Positions 9,516 through 19,774 of a stretch of 63,556 bases of DNA are shown here, one piece after another. The stretch lies in NCBI GenBank assembly GCA_038248895.1, contig JBBRWZ010000003.1:1-63556 (forward strand), read 5' to 3'. The notes beneath the pieces were generated by a model, which was given only the letters and a program-made list of their open reading frames with translations, was not told where the DNA came from and searched no databases. The stretch's first letter is position 1. The number at the start of each line of letters is the position of its first letter. Position numbers and translations under genes: made by a program. The stretch is from Candidatus Limnocylindria bacterium (GTDB lineage Bacteria; Chloroflexota; Limnocylindria; QHBO01).

Positions 9516-10457
9516 TCATGCCCCAGTCCGAACGCGCCAACGGACGCGCCTGTCGACGAACCACCTGAGCATCGAGGGGGGCGCTATCGTCAGGAGGCCG
9601 ATCATCACTGACCTCGCAGACGGACTTGCGCGAAGCGCTTGCCAGGATGCGTGGCGTGCTCGACGGCCGCAACCGGCGAGGGCAGCCCACTTCGCCATCT
9701 CGCCATTCGCTTCGGCATATTGGCGGGGCGCCACTTCGCGCATATCGGACCCGACCGCCTGGAGGACCGCCTGGTACGCCCACATCTTCTGCAGCGACTC
9801 CGCGGGCGTGTACCCACGCACGCTGATTCGGTCGGCGCCCGCGGTGTCGACAATGCCAACGACCTCATGGACAAGCCAGCCTGGCTTCCGCCTCAAGAGC
9901 GGCCACCAGAGCGATGCCTCACCCCCCGAAGCCCGTTCCTCGAACCTTTGCCCGCCCAGCATGTCGCGCTGGACCAGCTTCCAGAAGTCGCCCCGAAATC
10001 GGCCACAGAGGGCATCTTCGTAGGTGACGAGACCCTCGCGATAAGGCATCTGTCCGCTGCCCTCGGCACCATCCCTTCGGCGGTACCAGCCCATGACCTG
10101 GGAGTACGCGCCATCCGATGACGCGAACACTCGAGTCAAGGTTTCAATTGCCTCAGGCAGCAGCACGTCATCGCTGTCGAGGATGCCGAAGTAACGCGAA
10201 TCCACAGGTACGAGGCCCAGGCCGACATTCTTGGCCGCCGTTACCCCTCGGTTGGTTTTGTGTCGTACGACGTGCACGCGGGCGTCCGCGGCATACCGAC
10301 GCAGCATGACCTCGGTCTCATCGGTTGAGCCGTCGTCGACGATGAGCACGCCGACATCAGTATAGGTCTGCGCCAACACGCTATCGACACTGCGCGGAAC
10401 GAGGCGCGCGCGATTGTATGTTGGGATGACGATGCAGACAGCAGGCGCTCGTTTCAC
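9516..10457 (-). CDS. Glycosyltransferase family 2
   Basis: GTG 10457: VCIVIPTYNRA, VDDGSTD, ILDSDD. The ORF-track extension to 11003 is not part of this protein. Confidence 0.88.
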   Translation of the reverse strand: MKRAPAVCIVIPTYNRARLVPRSVDSVLAQTYTDVGVLIVDDGSTDETEVMLRRYAADARVHVVRHKTNRGVTAAKNVGLGLVPVDSRYFGILDSDDVLLPEAIETLTRVFASSDGAYSQVMGWYRRRDGAEGSGQMPYREGLVTYEDALCGRFRGDFWKLVQRDMLGGQRFEERASGGEASLWWPLLRRKPGWLVHEVVGIVDTAGADRISVRGYTPAESLQKMWAYQAVLQAVGSDMREVAPRQYAEANGEMAKWAALAGCGRRARHASWQALRASPSARSVMIGLLTIAPPSMLRWFVDRRVRWRVRTGA

Positions 10458-10538
10458 GCGGGGACTGCCTCTCTGACGGTGGAGCCGTGTGCAATCGGGG
10501 GTCGAGTGCGCTGTCGGACAATGTTTAGATCCGCCGCG

Positions 10539-10557
10539 TGGGACGGTCGCCGTCCCA
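10539..10557. other. Perfect 8-bp hairpin TGGGACGG-TCG-CCGTCCCA
   Basis: Inverted repeat 12 nt downstream of the GT4 fragment stop; no U-tract. Confidence 0.4.
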
Positions 10558-10569
10558 TTGGCCCGGCGA

Positions 10570-11293
10570 TTATTGCACGCCTCCGCCCCGGCGCCGGTCC
10601 GACAGTTCTCGGTAGAGTGCTGCGAATTCCCGGACGAACCGGCCCATGCTGAAGTTTGACTCCACATGCAGGCGCCCAACTCGCCCCATGCGCTCACGCA
10701 GCAGGCGGTCGTCGGCAAGCCGCGCGAGGGCGCGGGCCAGTGCCGGCCGGTCGCCAGACGGAACGAGCAGGCCGCTCTCTCCATCAAGCACGACTTCTCG
10801 CATGCCGCCGACGTCGGTCGCGACCACGGGGCGGCCCGCGGCGTGCGCCTCGAGCATCGCATTCGGAAGTCCTTCGCTCTTCGACGAAAGCACGACGAGG
10901 TCGGCCGCCATGTAAACGCGGTTCGCATCCTCCACAGCTGCTCAGCCACGGCAGCCCGTACGCCGAAATCATTGCCTGGCCACTGCAGGACGAGGCCGAC
11001 CATCGCGCGGCCGCTTGCCGAGTTGCAGCTCTGGATGTCTAGATTGGGCGCTTGGCGGGGACGCGCGCCGTGACGCCCGCGATCAACACCGGCAGCATCA
11101 GCGGTGGCCCATCAAGGTGTTTGCAAGCGCGCCACGAGTTTCGCGCGATGGATACGTCCGGATGACTATGCAGACAGTGGGCGTTCGCCTAATGACTGGC
11201 GTGCCTCTCGCGGTTGGACTCTCTAATGCCCGGCAATTCTCTGGCGGGGTCGGGAAACGTCGACGCCACGCGCAGGGCGGAGCGCGGCGGCAT
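10570..11293 (-). pseudogene. Eroded GT4 paralogue; intact C-terminal third at 10570-10935
   Basis: [35 protein letters not shown] closely matches the C-terminus of 14920-16101, with a 29-nt identical DNA stretch. In-frame stops upstream; remnants such as LPVLIAG in other frames. The 5' extent is uncertain. Confidence 0.7.
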
Positions 11294-11406
11294 CTCGTCG
11301 GCGATTATGATACGCAACCTCGGGCAAGGTCGTGTTCCGCTTAGGAGGCCGACGAGGTTCGAGAGGCATTTCCGGATTACGGCAGGATGGTTCTGCGAGT
11401 GCCCTG

Positions 11407-13074
11407 ATGAAGCCAACAATTCTACTGCTTGGGAGCAACGCCCGAGCTGCACTCGCTGTCTGCCGATCGCTCGGTAGGATGGGCGCTCGGATCGAGATCC
11501 TGCGATTTTCCCCAGACAAGACACCGGCAGACTTCTCAAAATATTGCGCGAGATCTCTCTACATCGGCGAGCCGTACGCCGACGTGAGGCGCTATTCCGA
11601 GGCCCTTCTCAGTCTGGTCGCTCGGCGGCGCTACGACTATCTTTTTCCCATCAATGACGTAGCAAATGAGCTTGCGTACTTCAACTACGACTCGTTGCGT
11701 GCGCTCGCGACCCTGATCGGCCCGACGCCGGAGAACTACCGCAAAGCGTCGAACAAGCATATTGCCATTCAGATTGCCCAACAGGCCGGGATAAGGCCTC
11801 CAGAGAGCGTGTATGTCGCCGGCGAAGGCTCGCCCCTGCCCGGGCTCGCCTTTCCGATGTATGCCAAACCGGTTCACTCGGCGCTGATCCGGGCAAACTA
11901 TCTCCATAGATTTACCGTACGCAAAGTGACGTCGCAGGCTCAGCTCGAGGCCAAGCTACGAGATGACCTTCCGCGCGTTCCTGTCCTGCTGCAGCACGAA
12001 ATCTCCGGGCACGGCGTCGGCCTCAACTTTTGCGCATTCAAGGGCACGCTCTGCGGCGTCTCTGTCACGACCAGGGTCCACGAACCGGTTGGTGGCGGCG
12101 GAAGCAGCTATCGGCGAACGGGCGACTTGACGCCTGAGCTCATTGACGTAGCGAAGGGGATTGCACGGAGTGTCGAGTGGACCGGAATGATGATGATCGA
12201 GCTCAAGTCCGACGGGCGAGACCTTTACATGATGGAGTTGAATTGCCGCCCTTGGGGATCGATCGAGGTATCCATTCAGTCGGGCGTTGATTATCCTCGC
12301 CTAGTGTTGGAATCCATGATCCGTCAGGGGCCGACGGATACCGCTCTGCCAGCTCGGCAGATATACGTGAGGAATCTGAAACGCGATCTCGGCTGGATAT
12401 GGCAACGGAGGCACACATGGCTCACGAAGGAGTCGGACCTCCCGGCATGGCTCTGGTCCTTCCATCGCGTCGTCCTGGGACGAGAGAAGTTCGATGTGGA
12501 ACAGCCCGGTGATTTCCTGCCGGGCCTCTCGCAGCTGTCTGCATCTCTATCGCAGCTCGGGAAGAGAGGCGCGCGGCTGTTGCGCAGGATGGTAGCTCGT
12601 TCGCACGGCTCGTCCGCTCGGCCGCGCGTATCGCCAGGCTCGAAGCTCATGTTCGTATGCAAGGGAAACATCAATCGAAGCGTGGTGGCCCACCACTATC
12701 TCAGTGCCCAAGGATTCCTCAGCGTCTGCTCCGCCGGCCTCATCGGCCAGCATGGGAGAATGCCGAGCGCACAGGCCGAGGCGTATTTGCGCACGCTTGG
12801 CATCGACGCCTCCGAGCACCGATCGAGGGATGTGCGAACGCTGGAGCGAGAGCTGAAGAAGGCCGACCTCGTCATCGTCTTCGACCGCCGCACCATGGCG
12901 GAGCTGGCCGAGCGTTATCCGACGCTCACTGGCCACGTCCGACTCCTGAGCTCGATGAGCTCGGGACGAACCGAGTCCATCGGGGACCCACATGACCGTA
13001 CTGACGCGGAGTATGTGGAGTGCTTCGATCGGATCGTCAGCCACCTTGACCGTCTCATCGCCGATGGCCGCTGA
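11407..13074 (+). CDS. ATP-grasp ligase fused to C-terminal low-molecular-weight phosphatase domain
   Basis: ATG 11407; YAKPVHS, LLQHEISGHGVG, MIELK, MELNCRPWGS (ATP-grasp); FVCKGNINRS (C-x5-R-S) and IGDPH (LMW-PTP). Confidence 0.85.
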   Translation: MKPTILLLGSNARAALAVCRSLGRMGARIEILRFSPDKTPADFSKYCARSLYIGEPYADVRRYSEALLSLVARRRYDYLFPINDVANELAYFNYDSLRALATLIGPTPENYRKASNKHIAIQIAQQAGIRPPESVYVAGEGSPLPGLAFPMYAKPVHSALIRANYLHRFTVRKVTSQAQLEAKLRDDLPRVPVLLQHEISGHGVGLNFCAFKGTLCGVSVTTRVHEPVGGGGSSYRRTGDLTPELIDVAKGIARSVEWTGMMMIELKSDGRDLYMMELNCRPWGSIEVSIQSGVDYPRLVLESMIRQGPTDTALPARQIYVRNLKRDLGWIWQRRHTWLTKESDLPAWLWSFHRVVLGREKFDVEQPGDFLPGLSQLSASLSQLGKRGARLLRRMVARSHGSSARPRVSPGSKLMFVCKGNINRSVVAHHYLSAQGFLSVCSAGLIGQHGRMPSAQAEAYLRTLGIDASEHRSRDVRTLERELKKADLVIVFDRRTMAELAERYPTLTGHVRLLSSMSSGRTESIGDPHDRTDAEYVECFDRIVSHLDRLIADGR

Positions 13075-13829
13075 TGAGCGGCCCTAAGTTCGTGATCCGG
13101 CTGGATGACGTCTGTCCCACGTTGCGCTGGGCGAGCATGGACAAGGCGGCGGCGCTCTTCGCCGAGCTCGGCATCCGGCCCCTCATCGGCGTGGTCCCCG
13201 ACAACCGGGATGAGCACCTCATCATCGATCCCCCTCGGCCCAATTTCTGGGAGCTCGTTCGTGCGTGGGTCAATGCCGGCTGGGTCGTTGCCCAGCACGG
13301 GTATCAGCATCGGTACGTGAATAGGTCGCCGGGAGTCCTGCGGATCGGCAGCAGGAGCGAATTCGCCGGACTTCCCTTCGAGGAACAACACCGCAAGCTC
13401 TCGCTGGGCCATCGGCTGCTCGAAGAGCGCGGAATTGATGCTGATACATTCATGGCGCCGTCCCACTCATTCGATGCGGCGACTCTCGCTGCTATGCGCG
13501 CCGTAGGTATGAAGTACGTCACCGACGGATTCGGGCTCTTCCCGTACGAGGCCGACAGCCTGACGTTCGTGCCCCAGCTCTTTGCGTCGCCATGGCATTT
13601 CGGGGTTGGGATCTACACCGTCTGTCTTCACGTCAACGACATGGACGAAGCGGGTCTTGCCCGCCTTGCGCGCTTTTGCCACTCGCGAAGACAAGACATC
13701 ATCGACTTCCGTGAGGCAAGCGCGATTCGCGGGCCGCGCGTCCTAACGGGCTGGACCGGCTGGACGCTCGCTCACGGCATTCGGGGCGCGCGTCACCTGC
13801 GCGCCAGAGTCAAGATCTCGCTCTCGTAA
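13074..13829 (+). CDS. DUF2334-type polysaccharide deacetylase-like protein
   Basis: FVIRLDDVCP, IGVVPDN, QHGYQH, FMAPSHSFD; TGATG coupling to the upstream gene. Confidence 0.82.
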   Translation: MSGPKFVIRLDDVCPTLRWASMDKAAALFAELGIRPLIGVVPDNRDEHLIIDPPRPNFWELVRAWVNAGWVVAQHGYQHRYVNRSPGVLRIGSRSEFAGLPFEEQHRKLSLGHRLLEERGIDADTFMAPSHSFDAATLAAMRAVGMKYVTDGFGLFPYEADSLTFVPQLFASPWHFGVGIYTVCLHVNDMDEAGLARLARFCHSRRQDIIDFREASAIRGPRVLTGWTGWTLAHGIRGARHLRARVKISLS

Positions 13830-14923
13830 CGGCTGACGATTGCCCGCGGTGAGTATGGCTCGATCGCGCGCTCGCTCACCCTCCCCGGCCGGCGCTCGCT
13901 CCAGCTTCGCAGTGCGGCGGCGAGGTCGTCCGCTGAGACTGATCTCGCGATCTCACACTCCGGGATGGGTGCCAGTATTTCCCGGACGCCGCCGGGCGCG
14001 GGCATCGCTATGACGGGTGTGCCGCATGCCAGGGCTTCCAGGACGACGTTCGGGAAGGCTTCGAAGCGCGAGCTGAGCACGAACGCGTCGGCTCGCGCGA
14101 AGAATGGGTACGGGTTCTCCCGGAATCCTAGGAACTTGATCCTGTCATCCACGCCGAGCGCGCGGCTCATCTGTTTGAGCTTGACCTCAATGTGACCAGC
14201 CCCCAGGAGTTCTAACTCGATCTGAAGCTCAGGGCACTTTGCCACGGCCTGGATCAGCAAATCGAAACCCTTCGAAGGGATCAGACGGCCGGCGGCCACC
14301 AGACGCAGAGGCAAACCCGATGCCGACGAAGGCCGCTGGCCCAGCGGCGGTGGTATGTCCGCCTCCGTGAGCCGTCGAATGTGGGCAACATCGACCGGAT
14401 TGTTGATCACGACCAGCTTTCGAGGCGAAACGTTGAAGTTCCGGATCAAGTCCTCATACATCTCCTCGGACTGGCAGACAACCCGGTCGAGCCGCGGGTA
14501 GAACTGCGAGTAGCCGAATCGCCAGAGCGGCGCGAAGCGCTGGCTTTCCAACATTCTGCTCACCATGCTTGTCTCTCGCCCGATCACGCGTACGTCATGA
14601 GGCAATAGCGGCTTGGCGAGCGCCATTCCTAGGTTGAGATGCCCTGAGATCGTGAATACGACCTGGGGTCGCAGTCTCCGAACAAGGCCAACGATCCTCG
14701 GCAATGCGAAGCGGAGGCGAGGGGACCTGAGGTCGATGAGCGCTACATCCTCCGGGATCTCATCCCGGAAGATCCCTCCTGCGGTGTTTAACACCGCGAG
14801 ATGCAGATCGAGGACGGAACGATCGAAGTGCGTGAGGAGGGTGACCAGGACGCGGTACGCTCCGCCGCCTCCGAACGCGGGAATCACGAAGAGTACGCGA
14901 CAGCGCTCCGAGCGGACGGTCAC
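13793..14923 (-). CDS. Glycosyltransferase family 4
   Basis: GTGA overlap start; VLFVIPAFGGGGAYRV, SSRFEAFPNVVLEA. Confidence 0.9.
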   Translation of the reverse strand: MTVRSERCRVLFVIPAFGGGGAYRVLVTLLTHFDRSVLDLHLAVLNTAGGIFRDEIPEDVALIDLRSPRLRFALPRIVGLVRRLRPQVVFTISGHLNLGMALAKPLLPHDVRVIGRETSMVSRMLESQRFAPLWRFGYSQFYPRLDRVVCQSEEMYEDLIRNFNVSPRKLVVINNPVDVAHIRRLTEADIPPPLGQRPSSASGLPLRLVAAGRLIPSKGFDLLIQAVAKCPELQIELELLGAGHIEVKLKQMSRALGVDDRIKFLGFRENPYPFFARADAFVLSSRFEAFPNVVLEALACGTPVIAMPAPGGVREILAPIPECEIARSVSADDLAAALRSWSERRPGRVSERAIEPYSPRAIVSRYESEILTLARR

Positions 14924-16101
14924 GAGTGTGACCCGTTTCGGGAGGCGGATACCTCTCGGTAGAGGTCCGCAAATTCCCGGACGAATCGGTCCATGCCGAA
15001 AGTCAACTCGACGTGATGGCGCGCGGCTCGTCCCATCTGGCAACGAAGTGCGGGATCATCTGCAAGCCGCACAAGCGCGCGCGCCAGAGCCGGACGGTCG
15101 CCTGACGGCACGAGCAGACCGGTCACCCCGTCCAATACAACCTCTCGCATGCCGCCGACGTCGGTCGCGACGACGGGGCGACCTGCCGCCGCCGCTTCCA
15201 GCATCGCGTTCGGCAGGCCTTCACTTCTAGACGTTAAGGCGACGACGTCGAAGGCAGTGTTAAGCTGACGCGCATCTGGCTCACGGCCGTGGAGCACGAC
15301 GTGAGAGGCGAGGCCTCCGGACTCGACCAACTGCTCGAGCCGAGAGCGCTCGGGCCCCTCCCCAACCAGGACGAGCCTGACGTGAGGCCGGGCCATAACG
15401 ACGTCACCGAATGCGGCGATCAGCAAGTCGTGGGCCTTGACGCTGCGATAGTTAGCGACGCAGCCGATGACCACATCGTCGGCCGTCGCTCCCCATGCCC
15501 GACGGACGGCATCCCGGTGCGGCGCCGTCGGAGGCTCGAGGAGGTCGACCCCGTTGTGGATCACCCGCACGCGATGTGGATTCAGGTGCTCCTGATCGAT
15601 TGCCCGCGTCGCCGCGATCTGGGAATTGGCAACCGTAACTTCACAGAGGCGACGTGCGAATGAATCGGCTGCCCGCTCCACGAACCCGTATCGCGTCTCG
15701 GGCTCGCCGAGGTTTCGGCGCCCGGCAAGGACAACCGGTACTCTGGTGAAGGGCCGCGTGAGTGCCGCGACGTCGTAGGCAGGGTACATCCAGGCGTCGA
15801 CGATGTCGTAGCGGTTGCGACGGATGACACTCACGTATCGAAAAATCATCCGTGAGCGGTGCCGCGCTCGGACGAATCGGGAGGCACCATCGGGTGAGCT
15901 TGCGCCGATGCTGAAGACACGAGCTCCAGCCGCTCGCGCACGCGGTGCGTGAATCCCTGGCGCTGACAGGCAAATGAAGTCGACGCGAAACTCGTTTGGC
16001 GGGAGCCGCTCGGCTAGGGCGAGCATCTGCATCTCGGCCCCGCCTGGATCAAGGCGAGAGGCGACGTAGGCGATGCGCAACGGGCGACGCGATCCAGTCA
16101 C
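14920..16101 (-). CDS. Glycosyltransferase family 4
   Basis: [30 protein letters not shown]. Confidence 0.92.
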   Translation of the reverse strand: MTGSRRPLRIAYVASRLDPGGAEMQMLALAERLPPNEFRVDFICLSAPGIHAPRARAAGARVFSIGASSPDGASRFVRARHRSRMIFRYVSVIRRNRYDIVDAWMYPAYDVAALTRPFTRVPVVLAGRRNLGEPETRYGFVERAADSFARRLCEVTVANSQIAATRAIDQEHLNPHRVRVIHNGVDLLEPPTAPHRDAVRRAWGATADDVVIGCVANYRSVKAHDLLIAAFGDVVMARPHVRLVLVGEGPERSRLEQLVESGGLASHVVLHGREPDARQLNTAFDVVALTSRSEGLPNAMLEAAAAGRPVVATDVGGMREVVLDGVTGLLVPSGDRPALARALVRLADDPALRCQMGRAARHHVELTFGMDRFVREFADLYREVSASRNGSHS

Positions 16102-17069
16102 GTATGCCGACGGCCGACGTCTTGTGCGCGCTCGGCGATTGTGCGCATCGGCTCAATGTCGAGCACGCCGCGATCACGCATGAGGGCCGCCTCACGCAGG
16201 ATGCGCTCGAGGGCCTCGAGCATGAAGGCCGAGTCGCTCGCGATGTTGAACGGGTGCGTCCACAGGTGAAAGACGCCTCCGTCACGCTCGGCTTTCCGAA
16301 GTCCGGCCCTGGCCTTGGCCACCCTGGCCCCCAGCGGCACAGCGCGGCGGACTCCCGAGGTGTGCAACAAGAGCATCGAGCCGGGAATGTTCCACAGGCC
16401 GGGCAGCGTCTGTTTGGGCACCGACACCGGCGGCGGAATCGCCATCGCCTGATCGACGAGGTGCGCGAGCCGTCCAGCCGTGCTGCCGATCGCCGCGTGC
16501 CACGTTGGATCCGCGCCTCGAAACGCGGTAAAGCCTTCGGCGCGCAGGGCCTCGTGGTGCGCCTCCTCATTCCGCGGAAACACGAAGCTAGTCAATTTGA
16601 TGCCGCGAGCTGCGGCCGCGCGCTTGCATTCGGCCAGGTCGGACCTGACCACGTCCGTCGTCATCGCTGGATCATCGTACGGGACATGGAAGAACGAATG
16701 ACATCCGATCTCCTGCACCGTGCGGCCGGCAGCCAAGAGATCGAGGATGTCATTCCCATAGAACAGAGGGTCGCGCCCTCGCGACGTACCCGGGTCGGCC
16801 TGGCACCACCGCGCCGCCGCTGCGTCCGGCGCGGGCGAGATGAGCGAAGGGTGGGCAGTTCCGCTCTCGTCGCGCTGGCATCGCTCGAGGAACAGGTGGC
16901 CGACGACTGCCCACGTTGCCGATACCTCATACGTCTGCAGCAGCCGTACAATCCCGGCGATCGCGCCACGTACATCGGGATATCGTCGCTCGAACTGGGC
17001 CGGCGTCCCACGGTCGATACTGCCCCAGATCAGCTCGGTGTCGAAGGTGAGCGCGAAGGTCGGCGTCAT
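16098..17069 (-). CDS. Polysaccharide deacetylase family protein (WalW-like)
   Basis: LTFDTELIWG, ATWAVVG, EIGCHSFFH, SFVFPRN, FHLWTHPFN. Confidence 0.82.
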   Translation of the reverse strand: MTPTFALTFDTELIWGSIDRGTPAQFERRYPDVRGAIAGIVRLLQTYEVSATWAVVGHLFLERCQRDESGTAHPSLISPAPDAAAARWCQADPGTSRGRDPLFYGNDILDLLAAGRTVQEIGCHSFFHVPYDDPAMTTDVVRSDLAECKRAAAARGIKLTSFVFPRNEEAHHEALRAEGFTAFRGADPTWHAAIGSTAGRLAHLVDQAMAIPPPVSVPKQTLPGLWNIPGSMLLLHTSGVRRAVPLGARVAKARAGLRKAERDGGVFHLWTHPFNIASDSAFMLEALERILREAALMRDRGVLDIEPMRTIAERAQDVGRRHT

Positions 17070-17180
17070 CGGGTCATTATCGCCTTCTCCGCAGTGGACG
17101 CCGTCATGCCCGGGTCATCACCCGGCATCGACAATGCTCTACATTCGCCGCACTTGAATCGCGCGAGGAAAGGCTGAGCG

Positions 17181-18419
17181 ATGGGGCGTGAGACACCATT
17201 GCATATCGTGGTGGGTCGATGCCGCTCGTGTGGTGACAGCGATCTGGTCGAGGTCCTCGATCTGGGTCTTCAGCCATCGGCCGGCTTCTTCCCTATGCCT
17301 GACGAGGCAGCATCACTCCGGGCGTGGCCCCTTATCGCTGCCGTCTGTCGACGCTGCTGGCTGCTTCAGCTTCTCGATCCTGCCCCGGACGAGCCGGCGG
17401 CGACGACGATCCAGGGCACCCTTTCATCGACCATGGCTCTTCATGCGGAGAGATTCGTGGACGAGGTGCTGGCCACCGCCGAACGGGAGCCCCGCCGTAT
17501 CCTCGAGGTCGCCTCTCACGGTGGACACCTCGCACCACGATTCGCCGATCGAGGGGTTCGCACACTCGTCGTCGACCCGTCACAGGCGCTCGTCAACGCG
17601 GCGCGGACGATGGGGTTCGACGCGGAGGCCGCGGTGCTCACCCGCAAGAGTGCTGAGGCGATCCGTCGCGCTCATGGCCCGTTCGATGTCATCGTGGATA
17701 GTTACCTGCTAGCTCACCAGCGCGAGCTTGATCCACAGCTCGCGGCCATCGCGACACTGCTGCCGGACGGCGGCCGTGCCGTCCTCGAGTTCAACCATGT
17801 GCTGCCTATCCTCCGCGGCACCCAGTTCGACGCGATCAGACATGGGCACTTCTCGTACCTGTCGCTCACGGCTCTGTCCAGCGCGCTGGAGCGCAATGGC
17901 TTGTGGGCCATAAGCGCGACCTCACAACCCGCGTATGGCGGCGGCGTTCGCGTGTGGGCGGCGCGGGAGCCTGGGCGCAGTCGAGATCCCGGTCTCGAGG
18001 CCCTCCTATCCGAGGAGGAAGCCGCGGGCCTTGGAGATGTCGCCGTCTATCGACGATTCGCGGCGTCGGTCAGCAAGCGCCGGACTGAACTTAGCGAGTT
18101 CCTCCGCGGAGCAACGGAAAAGGGACAGCTGGTGGTTGGTTACGGGGCGCCTTCACGGGGCAATACTCTGCTCAATGCCTGCGCCATCACGCCGGACCTG
18201 CTGCGTTATACGGTCGATGCCTCGCCTGCGAAACAGGGACGGCTCATGGCCGGCTCCGGCGTGCCCATCCTCGCCCCTGACCGAATCCGAGCCGATCGCC
18301 CTGACAGAATCCTCATCCTGACCTGGGACCTTTCGGCGGAGGTCATGCAGCAGCTCGTTGACATCCGGAGTTGGGGCGGCCGATTCGTGATCCCATTCCC
18401 CGAGCTGTCCGTCCGCTAG
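17181..18419 (+). CDS. NDP-sugar C-methyltransferase family protein, motif-degenerate copy
   Basis: CxxC...CxxC zinc site, VGYGAPSRGNTLLN, LILTWDL; but SHGG and AIRHGH replace SNDG and TIYHEH. Confidence 0.82.
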   Translation: MGRETPLHIVVGRCRSCGDSDLVEVLDLGLQPSAGFFPMPDEAASLRAWPLIAAVCRRCWLLQLLDPAPDEPAATTIQGTLSSTMALHAERFVDEVLATAEREPRRILEVASHGGHLAPRFADRGVRTLVVDPSQALVNAARTMGFDAEAAVLTRKSAEAIRRAHGPFDVIVDSYLLAHQRELDPQLAAIATLLPDGGRAVLEFNHVLPILRGTQFDAIRHGHFSYLSLTALSSALERNGLWAISATSQPAYGGGVRVWAAREPGRSRDPGLEALLSEEEAAGLGDVAVYRRFAASVSKRRTELSEFLRGATEKGQLVVGYGAPSRGNTLLNACAITPDLLRYTVDASPAKQGRLMAGSGVPILAPDRIRADRPDRILILTWDLSAEVMQQLVDIRSWGGRFVIPFPELSVR

Positions 18420-18426
18420 CGCGGCC

Positions 18427-19752
18427 TCAGTTCCGAGGACGCATTGCCGGCTTCACGGGCCGACCCACCAGGTGGCGTTCGATGCCGTCGTCGAGGGCGC
18501 TGCGGTACACGCCGAGAGCCTCATCGATGATCTCGACGGTTTCGTCAATTGCCGCGTCGTCGTGGGCGTAGCTGATCACCAGCGACGGCGCGAGCAGGCC
18601 ACGCCGGATCGTCTCCTGGAGGAACAACGTCCGGAAAGGCTGCGAGGGCTGGCCGTCTTGGTCGCGGGTCGCGTAGACCATGTTGCACGGCCGGCCGAGA
18701 ACCTCGATGTGGCCATCCAGGTCGTGATGACCGATCGCCTGTCGGACCCCGTCCGCGAGACGTGAGCCCTGACGGTACAGGCACTCGACGACGTCGCGTT
18801 CCCGGTACGTTTGCATCACGGCGATGGCGGCCGCCAGCGCGTGCGTCTCGGCGCCGTGCGTAGTCGAGAGCAGAAAGACGCGCTGACGATCGTGGTGTAG
18901 GCCACCCAGCTCCATCACGTCGCGCCTGCCGGCCAGCGCCGAGACCGCGAACCCGTTTCCGAGCGCCTTGCCAAACGCCGAGAGGTCCGGCGTCACGTCG
19001 TACACCTCCTGCGCGCCGCGGAGGTGCCAGCGGAAGCCGGTGATCATTTCGTCAAAGATCAGCAGTGCGCCCCGCTCGTGGCACAGCTCGAGCAGCTCGG
19101 CCAGGAATCCCGGCCGCGGCTCGTTGTAGGTTGCCGGTTCGAGGACGACGCATGCGATCTGCCCCGGATGGGCGTCAAACAAGGCGCGGACGCTATCGAG
19201 ATCGTTGTAGTGGAAGCGGACGGTGAGCTCGCGGGTCTCGTCCGGGATACCGGCCGGCATGGGCGTCGAACCGATGAACCAGTCGTCGACGGAAAAGAAC
19301 GGCTGCTCGGCGCAGATGGCCACCATGGTCCGCCCGGTGGCAGCGCGGGAGAGGCGAACGGCGGCGGTGGTGATGTCCGAGCCATTCTTCGCGAACTTCA
19401 CCATCTCGGCGCGATGCACGATCCCAAGGAACTCCTCGGCAGCCTCGAGCTCGATCGTCGAGGGCCGCACGAAGTTCACGCCATCGTTCATCTTGGCCGC
19501 TGCTGCATCGATGACGGGCTTGTAGGCATGGCCAAGCGTCACAGAGCGCAGGCCCATGCCGTATTCGATATATCGGTTGCCGTCGACGTCTTCGACCCGG
19601 CACCCCGCGCCGCGAATGATTACGGGTGCCATCGCTTCGGGATACTGGTCGTCGCCCTTCGCGTAGGTGTGCGCACCGCCGGGAACGATGTGGTGCAGGC
19701 GGTCCAACAGGCGCCGCGAGGCATCAAAGCGGCGGGGCTGGGCCGAGGTCAT
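18427..19752 (-). CDS. Class III PLP aminotransferase (glutamate-1-semialdehyde aminomutase-like), sugar-locus type
   Basis: ATG 19752; PGGAHTYAKG, FAKNGSD, IFDEMITGFR, FGKALGNG (PLP Lys). Confidence 0.88.
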   Translation of the reverse strand: MTSAQPRRFDASRRLLDRLHHIVPGGAHTYAKGDDQYPEAMAPVIIRGAGCRVEDVDGNRYIEYGMGLRSVTLGHAYKPVIDAAAAKMNDGVNFVRPSTIELEAAEEFLGIVHRAEMVKFAKNGSDITTAAVRLSRAATGRTMVAICAEQPFFSVDDWFIGSTPMPAGIPDETRELTVRFHYNDLDSVRALFDAHPGQIACVVLEPATYNEPRPGFLAELLELCHERGALLIFDEMITGFRWHLRGAQEVYDVTPDLSAFGKALGNGFAVSALAGRRDVMELGGLHHDRQRVFLLSTTHGAETHALAAAIAVMQTYRERDVVECLYRQGSRLADGVRQAIGHHDLDGHIEVLGRPCNMVYATRDQDGQPSQPFRTLFLQETIRRGLLAPSLVISYAHDDAAIDETVEIIDEALGVYRSALDDGIERHLVGRPVKPAMRPRN

Positions 19753-19774
19753 GGTCGCGCAAGTATTCGGTGAC

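Noticed and set aside
9516-11003. 495-aa ORF as one protein
   Set aside because: GT2 homology starts at GTG 10457; the extension runs through the GT4 pseudogene in another frame.
18427-19752. Calling the aminotransferase hemL
   Set aside because: Sugar-locus context, no hem genes and a GAHTYAKG N-terminus; left without a gene symbol.
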